Positions 54,251 through 64,000 of a stretch of DNA of 64,000 bases are shown here, piece after piece (position 1 is the first letter of the stretch; each line of letters opens with the position of its first letter). Under the pieces are notes generated by a model. The model was not told where the DNA came from and ran no database searches. It saw only the letters and a list, made by a program, of their open reading frames with translations. Source of the stretch: Eledone cirrhosa (lineage: Eukaryota); NCBI GenBank assembly GCA_964016885.1, contig OZ024743.1:322586001-322650000 (forward strand), read 5' to 3'. Position numbers and translations under genes: made by a program.

Positions 54251-56370
54251 TGTAGCGGTTGTCTCCCTTGTTTTGATTGGGATCTAGACGGGAAGTGGAA
54301 CCCTTTCTGCAACTTCCGGTCAGAGCCCTATAAAACTAACAACGTTAAGCTTCCTTCCTCTCTCTTTGCCTTTTCGGCACCAGGTCAAGAGTCTTCTCAT
54401 TTGGCTCTGCCATTAATTTGGCCAACAGGCGCCTGGCCTTAGCCAGGCGCCCTCTGCCAGCCGCATTTGCCTGGCAATCAAAACGGTAACTACTAACTTT
54501 GTTTCATTCTAACATCTATCTTTGACATGTCAAGTATTCTATCTACCGTTAATTAAATATTATATACACAAACATTGTCTCGTTTTGGTTACATTCATGC
54601 AACCAGTAATCTCGTTATATTGGTGACCCTGACGTGATACGAACACGCAGCCGTTCATCGCTATAAGTGGTCACCCCCAAAAAAAGAAAAAAATAGCACA
54701 TCTGGTTTTGTGAGTAACATTACGAATACACGGCAAATTTAGCGACAAACTATGAAAATACTCAAGGACACGCACACACGCACATGTGGAATTCGCACAG
54801 ACATACTTTTTCTCTCACGCATCAATTAACTGTCGCATTTCACCAATATATATATATATGTTTCTCGTTTCTTACAACGAACACTTTCAAAACAAAAAAA
54901 ACATTTCACGATATATATATATGTTTCTCGTTTCTTACAACGAACTCTTTCAAAACACACACAAAAAAAAAAAAAGAGAAATTTGATATTCTTTAAAAAA
55001 CATTTCAACAGGAACATTTATTTTCGATGAACCATTGCCTTTTGTTCTTCGTTTTCTTCATCGTTCAAGTTTTTTTTTTTTTTTTTTTTTTTTTCCAAAA
55101 GTTCACACCTATAATTATGCTGATTGAAGCTTTTCTTTTTCATCATTGTCACTTTCAAAATTGCACTATCATTTTCTCGCGCGTTAGAAATATTTTTTTT
55201 CAACCTTGTATTGGCACGTGTAGGCAGCATAAATTCTCGATTCACTGAGATGTCTCTTACTCACAGACAGCCGCACGCCATTTATCACCAGGGATTCTTC
55301 AGCCTTAAGCTATATTCTTCTATTTGCCGGTTTATAAATTTACAATGTAAATTTACCGTTGATAACCGCGCATTTATTAAGAATGCTTATTTCTCTGGTC
55401 GCTGGCCTCTTGACCCTTCCAGGTCAACGCATTCTCAACATCGACCATCAACTTCGGCTGCTATTTCTAGCACTTTGCGCAACTCATTTTTTTCTAAAAA
55501 AAAATTTTTTTACTGTGAATTTAAACACCGAATACGCTCACTCAGCGAGACAACAGCAGCAGCAACAGCAATATAACAGCAACAGCAATACATCAACACA
55601 GCTTCACCAAAGCCAGAGAATTTATTTTTGCAGCACTCTTCCTGTGAGAAAATCCATTCGGAGGTTGGAAATTTCACGATGTACCACAGAACAGAAACCA
55701 CCTGCATTCATTCTCTGGAACACACTTTCTTTCCTGCTGTCATGTGATTGCACACCTGTGAACTATATTTTGAACTTTGAGCTCTTCTATTACTTTTACT
55801 TTATTACATTGTATCTTTGGGTGATGGATAGATGGATGTCCAGTCGTTCTCTGGCCAAGAGCGGTTGGTTACCTTGATATCTATCATTGATTTTTCCAGA
55901 CATTCTTTTGTCGTAATTTCCATGCCTGTTACAACATTCTCGCCAACTTGCTACATATTTTCATTTCGATTTTTATACACTAAAATTCTGGCGGGAGGTT
56001 ATGTAGCGGTTGTCTCCCTTGTTTTGATTGGGATCTAGACGGGAAGTGGAACCCTTTCTGCAACTTCCGGTCAGAGCCCTATAAAACTAACAACGTTAAG
56101 CTTCCTTCCTCTCTCTTTGCCTTTTCGGCACCAGGTCAAGAGTCTTCTCATTTGGCTCTGCCATTAATTTGGCCAACAGGCGCCTGGCCTTAGCCAGGCG
56201 CCCTCTGCCAGCCGCATTTGCCTGGCAATCAAAACGGTAACTACTAACTTTGTTTCATTCTAACATCTATCTTTGACATGTCAAGTATTCTATCTACCGT
56301 TAATTAAATATTATATACACAAACATTGTCTCGTTTTGGTTACATTCATGCAACCAGTAATCTCGCTATA
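54251..56370 (+). mobile_element. Non-autonomous Gypsy-type LTR element (TRIM/LARD-like), 369-bp LTRs at 54251-54619 and 56002-56370
   Basis: Near-identical LTRs TGTAGCG..CG(T/C)TATA, 4-bp TSD CTAT, PBS TGGTGACCCTGACGTGAT (tRNA-Trp), PPT-like GGCGGGAGG, and no gag/pol. Confidence 0.92.
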
Positions 56371-56379
56371 CTATATTGC

Positions 56380-56732
56380 AAGAATGCATTGAAAAATGTG
56401 GCTTTCATCAACTCGTTCACCCTCCTTATAATCCGGACATTGCTCCAAGTGACTTCTTTTTCTTCAGACTGCTTAAGAAAGAGCTCAGTGGTAATCAAAA
56501 GTTTTGTTAATGAATATTTGAACTCTTTGGATGATTCATTTTTCAAAGCGGCGTTTGAAGAATTACTGGTAAGATGGCGAAAGATGGTTGTAAACAATGG
56601 AGGCTACATTGAAAAATAACTGTATTAATGTTTTCTTTACTAGTATTGAATGTATTTTCAAATAAAATTCGTTTGAATGTTCTAGCTTTTTCTTTTCATA
56701 CCGAGTATTAGAGATTATTGACCCGACCACGT
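56380..56732 (+). mobile_element. Mariner transposase 3' remnant
   Basis: HPPYNPDIAPSDFF (YSPDLAP-like) and LLVRWRKMVVNNGGYIEK; ends before TA. Confidence 0.7.
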
Positions 56733-56774
56733 ATATATGTGTGTGTGTGTGTGTGTGATGCATTATATTTATTA

Positions 56775-57370
56775 CTAACTGAGGTATCCAGCTTCGCCTG
56801 GGTAAACATATAACAGAAGATCGGCAGAAGAAAAAATGTCTGCATTGGATGCGTTGTAGACAACGCATCCAATACAGACATTTTAAACTATGAGGCTAGA
56901 CCGTGGTGTGTGTGAGAGAGAGGTGGGGGAGAAAAACGGAGAAAAAATAAAACAAATCTACCAGATATACCACATTCTTCGTTTACCGTTCGTGCATAGT
57001 ATATGAAGATTTCTAGGTGTTTCCACTCGTGAACAACCTACACATAACTGTCCATGGGTAAAAACCGATTCTCTTGTATTCAATCCCACAACTTTGAGAC
57101 TCTGACCCTGAGCTTTATTTATGGTCATAACAAAACTGGCTCTAACAGGTTTCTTGAGAATTTGAACGGCTGCTCACTAGAGAAAGTGTTGAAAGGAATC
57201 TTGGGAATAAATGCATTTCTCTTTAATGATTGCCTCTAAGAATAGTGACCTCTAGAAGATGGTTCATCATCCGCCTGTAAAGTGTGTGACATTGCATAGA
57301 CGTGCTGGGTGCAGGTTTCTCAAAAGGATTAAAGGAGTTCCAATATTTCTATATTATATATAGATATAGA
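56775..57370 (-). mobile_element. Possible non-autonomous Helitron
   Basis: Minus strand starts TCTATATCTATATATAAT and ends with hairpin CCAGGCGAAGCTGG followed by TTAG. Confidence 0.5.
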
Positions 57371-58920
57371 TAAAATGGTTTTCTAACTAATAAATTATTC
57401 TAATAAAATATTCACAACGCTCACACCGCAAAAACATTTTTCGGTATCTAAGAATAGTGTTCATATACTTTTACCTACAACACCTGAGCCACCTCGACCC
57501 GCACTACAATACCAGATTCCCCTCACCTCCGCTCCACCAAAGTACGCGTCCTCTCTTATTACAACACAATAGTCTCCTTACCTCCACCCCTCCAAAGCAC
57601 GAATCCCCCCCACACTACAACACCAGAGTCCCTTTCTTCCACGCAACTACTACAACAGTGTCTCCACACCTCCCCCCTCCCCCCACCAAAGCACGAGCAA
57701 TATTTTTTTGATGTAGAATTCAAATATGTTTTTAATAATTGCTCTAAGTTTAGGATTAATATTTCGGTATGAATGCTGTAGGGTGATGTCAAAATGAGAA
57801 CTGCATATATCATAAACTATAAATGTCTATCATACTGAAGGCAGTAAAAATAGATGATGAAATTGTGGTCTCCAAACATTGAGAAATCTTTGTTGTTCCA
57901 AACAAAATGTAGCGGACTTATTAGAAAATACGAAAAGATTCTAATAACGAAATTTAAACTGAAAAGTAGTGTCTTCAATAGCACGTGAATAAACAAAGGA
58001 CTGTACCTCATATATACGAATGTGTGTGAAGGAGAGAGAGAGAGAGAGAACGTGTGCGTATGTATATATGAATATTTTATTAAATTAAAGTAGAAAACAC
58101 TCAATAGATGTTGTAGAGAGCTGTATGCAATTGTAGCAAGATACGTATAACTTTCTTTTACCCGTAACCTCTGGCAGAATCGTAGGGACGTCCGAGTGAC
58201 ATACGGCATACCTGGAGCATTTTCAACATGGCGGAGCCCATACTAGGGTTAAGGTCTGAACGCAGCCGATTTCTTCCAAAGAAGGAGAATGAAAGAGATA
58301 GAGAGAAAGTGAGAAAATTATATAGAGAAAGAATCGACATGCGTTACTTTTTTTATCGACTTCGAAAGTACAAAAGACAAAGTTGGCTTCAGCTGGTTTT
58401 AAACTCAGGGAGCAGAGAGCAATTTTTTTTATCGAAAATATATTATTTCAAATATTCTTATCGGATGAAAGACATAAATAATAAAATTACTAGAGTAAGG
58501 CTAGTACGACAAATAGATTCGCAGTATATATATATAATTTAGAAAACACAAACACAAGGACATATATATAATTTAGAAAGACAAACACAAACATAAGACA
58601 ATTCCCGCTCTTCAGCTGTCTGCTGTAGGTCGCTGATGTTTCGACGCATTAAAGACAGTACATATCCCCACAGTGCGTTGATAACTAATCAGGGAAGAAA
58701 ACAACAAAAAAGAGATAGCAAAGAGAACGACAGAAAAAGAAAATAATCAAAACATACCGATAGAGAGGGGAAAACACGAGACAGCAGTTACCAGTGGGAG
58801 AGAGTGAGAAGTTAAAAATTCGTATATATATATATATACTGCTTAGATATAAAACTCTACTTCGGTATTGAGTACTCCTTACTATGTCAACCACATGCCG
58901 ATAGATAGATAGATAGATAA

Positions 58921-60119
58921 ATTTCTTTATTAGCCACAAGGGCACAAAAGAAGGGGACAAATACAAATGGGGTGTTTACATACAGGTATATGAAAATAAA
59001 ACTATTAATAAAATAACAAATAACAATTGAAATCCCCAATAGGGGGGGGGTGTTACACAGGGGTTGTACACACCCCGAAGAAATGTACAACCCTCATCTC
59101 CAGGAGCACCAAGAGTGAGTACTCCCTCCCTCTCTTCCTCTTTTTCCTCAACCTACAGGCTTATATAGAGAGAAGACCCAACCACTCGAGCCATCTTTGC
59201 TACATTCACCCACCTTTTATAAAATTTGCTGGGGTACAGCACCTCTCTCTCCATCCTGATTCTTCTTCAAAAATGATATTTGAAAAAACGAATCAGTTGT
59301 TCGCCGGAGAGAAAGGTGTCTGACCTCAGCCCTTTTAACCTCGTCTGCCATATAATCTCTTTCACCATAGCCATAATACATAGGAAAACCGCCTCTCCCT
59401 CGTTTTTTAAGGAGGGTGGCGGTTTGATCATGACAATAGACTCGGTGGTCAACTGGATTGGTCCCACCCGCGACAATAGTCGTTCTACATAGCCCCACAG
59501 GTCGGTAACGCCCGGGAAGTGTTCAAATGCATGCGCGACGGTTTCCTCGTCGCGCACACATCTCGGACAGATCTTTTTCGAAGGGTTCCTGCTCAGGCGC
59601 CCGTGTCTATAGAGCTTCTCTCGAACTGGTAGAGCTCCTCAGTAGCACTGCCAGGCCAGGGACTTTTGGAAGTTGTCCATCGGTCCCGGGCGGAAGGTTC
59701 TACCGAACAGAGTGGCCAGTTCGTCCTCCTCTACGCCTAGAGTTTCTCCGAGCACGTCGTCGCACATGCTGCGGACAAACCCTCTATAGAATATCGAAGT
59801 GGAGTCTCCACTGATCGCCGGGTTCGTTTGCCAGAGGACTGTGAGCGCCTGAGCGCATTCGGTGTGCCAGTCGCCCATTTTCCTCGGTCTTTGCTTGACC
59901 CAGAACTGCAGCTCGGTCAGCGAGACGAGTCGTGGGAAGGTTCGCTTCACGAACGGGGCCCACACCGGTTGTCCAGTGAGGAATACGTGGAGGTGCCGCA
60001 GCCTGAGCGCGTGTTTGCGCATCGTCATCCACGGCAACCCCAGCCCTCCGTTTGAAGGGTGTTGGCAGCAGATGGATCTTCTCACCAAAGGAGCCCGTTT
60101 CTTCCAAAGGAATTGGAAA
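58921..60119 (-). mobile_element. Tx1/L1-clade 3' fragment flanked by (TATC)n
   Basis: IFQFLWK..NGGLG, an ETVAHAF Zn-knuckle remnant, and a 3' AATAAAGAAATT(TATC)n end. Confidence 0.75.
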
Positions 60120-60168
<49 letters not shown>

Positions 60169-60762
60169 ATAGATGTATGTATGTCGGGTCAGTCTTGAGT
60201 GCTACTGGTAACATGTAACCCAGTACAACCTGTCGCATGGTCGGGTCGTCGGTGACTAAACCGGCAACCCCACCAAGTTTACTTGGTGAGGAGGGTGATT
60301 TTGGACACCCTGCATGACAAAAAACAAAACCTGACAAAGGGCGGAAGAACTCATAAGAGTCAACGGCCATCCGAAAGTGTGTAAATATGTATATAGACAT
60401 ATACCGCGCGGTTAAACCACTGGGAGTGAAGGACCCCCTAATCTTTGTCAGGGCATTCTTCTAGGAGAAGGCAACTCGGGAAACTGGGATAACTCCGATA
60501 TAAAACCTGCGGTTCAGTAGTTACCTATGATGTTGGTTTTTTCTTCTTTTCGGGTTATAGCTACTGTCACTCAGAGAGTGGGATTGGCTCAGTGCACAGT
60601 CTTTCCTCATTTTAAAAAATATCTTCATGCACAGGCATTGCACGATAGAATTAATTAATAATTATTAATAATGGTATATCGTGCAATAGCCATACTCGAT
60701 AACGAGGGGCCAGCTATCATGTATGTATGTGTGTATGTATGTATGTATGTATGTATGTATGT

Positions 60763-60852
<90 letters not shown>

Positions 60853-61004
60853 TAATTGATGTATGTATTGGTTGATTACCGACACTTCAGTATGCAGAGT
60901 AGACCACTCTACGAGAAAATAACATTAAATTTCAGCACTGGAAAAAAATCGAAATAACAGAAGTAGGTTTTATTCCATCGTTATGTTTTTCTGTTTAAAT
61001 TCTA

Positions 61005-61063
61005 GCTGTCCGATGAGGTCAAAGCTGTTGCATAATGGTTATCACCGAAATATATATAACAGC
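61005..61063 (+). ncRNA. Type I hammerhead (core CCGATGA)
   Basis: GCTGT-CCGATGA-GGT...ACC-GAAA-TATATA-TA-ACAGC. Confidence 0.6.
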
Positions 61064-61648
61064 GACTACTTATTTCATCCTCAGAGTTGCTGAAGCATGG
61101 AAAATACTACCTGTATCGGTTGTAAGCTTTCGGGACACTGCATCCTTCAAAATCTCCATGCTTCCCGAAACTCGCCTCCACACATGCACGCATGTGTCTG
61201 TGCGTGTATCATGACTCATAAACTGTTCACTTTCTTGACATTTGTACATTATTCTATATAATATACATGCACTTTTGACGAGTTGTAGTGCACCTGAGCA
61301 CTGTACACGATAATTTTCATTATTATTATTATATATAAGGGCGGTGGATTGGCAGTATCGGTAGAGGGTCGGACGCCGTGCTTTCCAACATAGTTACGTC
61401 CCTTTACGGTCTGAGTTCAAATCCCGCCGAGGTTGACTTTACCTTTCATCCTTACGGGGTTGATAAATTGATGATTGTATCACGTTAAGCGTGAAAGCAG
61501 CGATTCTTAACTTAAATTTTAACCTGTTCTTATAATATATACATTATAATATATATATATAATTATTTAACACAAATTACTTAACATATGTACACATTAT
61601 ATATATATACACACACATATATATATGTGTGTATATATATATGTATGC

Positions 61649-61697
<49 letters not shown>

Positions 61698-62191
61698 CAT
61701 ATCTATCTCTCTCTCTATATATATATATATGAGCAATGATGGTTGTTAGACACTGTACAGCTTAATTCGAGATGTTTGTTTACAAACACACCGAGCATTA
61801 TGATAAATGTTCGGTGAATCCATAGGTACATATATATATGTGTGCATGTATGTATATATATATATACATAGTACTGTACGTCTGTATACATATATGTATG
61901 TACGTATACATACTTATATTTAAGTAACAGCCGTACTAAGAGTGAGAAATGAAATTTCGTTTCATTTTTTCCGTTTAGTAGTATGTATATATATATATAT
62001 ACATACATGCACACATATATATATATGTACGTATGGATTCACCGAACATTTATTATAATGCTCGGTGTGTTTGTAAACAAACATCTCGAATTAAGCCGTA
62101 CAGTGTCTAGCAACCATCCTTGCTCATATATATGCATACATATATACATACACATATATATAGAGAGATAAAGGGATAGATATGTATATAC

Positions 62192-62225
<34 letters not shown>

Positions 62226-62538
62226 TGTATATATATATATATATATACTGCATATATATATACATACATATATATATACATATACATATATATATACATA
62301 TATATACATATATATATACATATACATATACATACATATATATATATATATATATAGTCATACATATACTGTATATATATATGTATGTATATATATACAT
62401 ATATATATACATACATATACTGTATATATATATATATGTATATATATACATATATATATATACATACATATACTGTATATATATATATATACATATACTG
62501 TATATATATATATATATACATATACTGTATATATATAC

Positions 62539-62686
<148 letters not shown>

Positions 62687-62687
62687 G

Positions 62688-62811
<124 letters not shown>

Positions 62812-62858
62812 CATACATATACTGTATATATATATATGTATATATATATACATACATA

Positions 62859-62900
<42 letters not shown>

Positions 62901-63085
62901 CGAAGGAAATGTGGTAAGGAACCAGGTGGACCATAACGCACCAAAGTACTCAATACTTGAGGTAGTAGAGTGGAAAATAGGAACCAGTAAGACCCCGACA
63001 GCTGAGCTCAAGCCGTTTCGACGGCTAATTCTCGTGAATTAGCCGTCGAAACGGCTTGAGCTCAGCTGTCGGGGTCTTACTGGTT

Positions 63086-63145
<60 letters not shown>

Positions 63146-63238
63146 TATATATATACATACATATACTGTATATATATATATATTTGCATATATATATATA
63201 CATACATATACTGTATATATATATATATATACTGCATA

Positions 63239-64000
63239 TCTATATATATAAAGGGAAGATGGACATTGCTTGGTGTTCCCAACTTGCATGCTACATCGTT
63301 CATCCAATTTTCATGAAACCTCACACATATATAAAATTCAACGCGTAGAGTGGAATAGGCTACTTGAAATTTTCGAAAAATCGATAATCGGGCCCTATGA
63401 CAGAATGTTTTTCGATTCCAATGAAATTTTATGTGAATTCGAACACAAGAACTCTTAGTTTACATCTGGCGCAATAAAAATAAATTTCATATGCCCATAT
63501 AAGGACGTGCGTTATTGATTGGACGGCCAGCTGCATGTCTTCCCAGCTGTCTCAGTAAACGACCGACCATTAAAGAGTTTATCTTTTCATATTCCACCTT
63601 ATTCAAGTGGAAATACAGTATTATCCCTATCTGAAAAGGGAACCAAATTTAATGGTGTCTTTTGTGATGCTAAAAGCTGTGAGTAAATTTTCAAACAGTC
63701 TTAAATAATCATGCTTTTTTAAAAAAAAAATACTAAAGGAAGTGAGTGACTTTTCGGGTGTTTAAACGTAAGTTCACCAGGGTTTGTGTCTTCATTATTA
63801 GCCCACCTCTAATGGCATTTTTTGTTCTGCTTTCGACTAAATGTTATGAGCGTATTTGCAATTAATTGCGCACACGTGCACACCTGCATGCAGATAGACA
63901 CTGACAGCCAATAAAAAATCGATAACTTGCTTATTAAGATATCGGTCAAAAAGAGAGATTGAATGTACTTTAGAACATTTTTTGAATATATTGTTCTTTT
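63239..64000 (+). mobile_element. Probable Helitron 5' part; 3' end beyond the window
   Basis: A|TCTATATATATAAAG start and CCAATTTTCATGAAAC, similar in style to the other Helitrons. Confidence 0.45.

Noticed and set aside
58228-58542. MAEPILG.. ORF with CAACATGGCG context as a host first exon
   Set aside because: No recognisable protein, splice donor or downstream exons.

Overview
AT-rich eukaryotic DNA with no recognisable host gene. It is probably an octopod/cephalopod, inferred from the SINE families and the very dense (TA)n microsatellites. The window is almost entirely transposons nested in (TA)n tracts. Bases 1-14598 are a near-identical head-to-head array of a 4211-bp Penelope-like element (PLE; Neptune-type RT + C-terminal GIY-YIG). 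Each unit has a 449-aa upstream ORF overlapping the RT-EN frame in -1 across a U_UUU_UUA slippery heptamer (candidate programmed -1 frameshift, ~1194-aa fusion). Each unit also carries a CCAAT/TATA promoter and a minimal type I hammerhead ribozyme. The rest holds decayed PLEs of several lineages and about a dozen further hammerhead motifs, including U3-A8 core variants. It also has many short fold-back insertions in (TA)n, non-autonomous Helitrons, and a young non-coding LTR element with an extended tRNA-Trp PBS. Remnants of CR1/L2, RTE, Tx1, CRE, R4-like and mariner elements and SINEs are present. All coordinates were read by eye and may be off by a few bases; no database searches were run.
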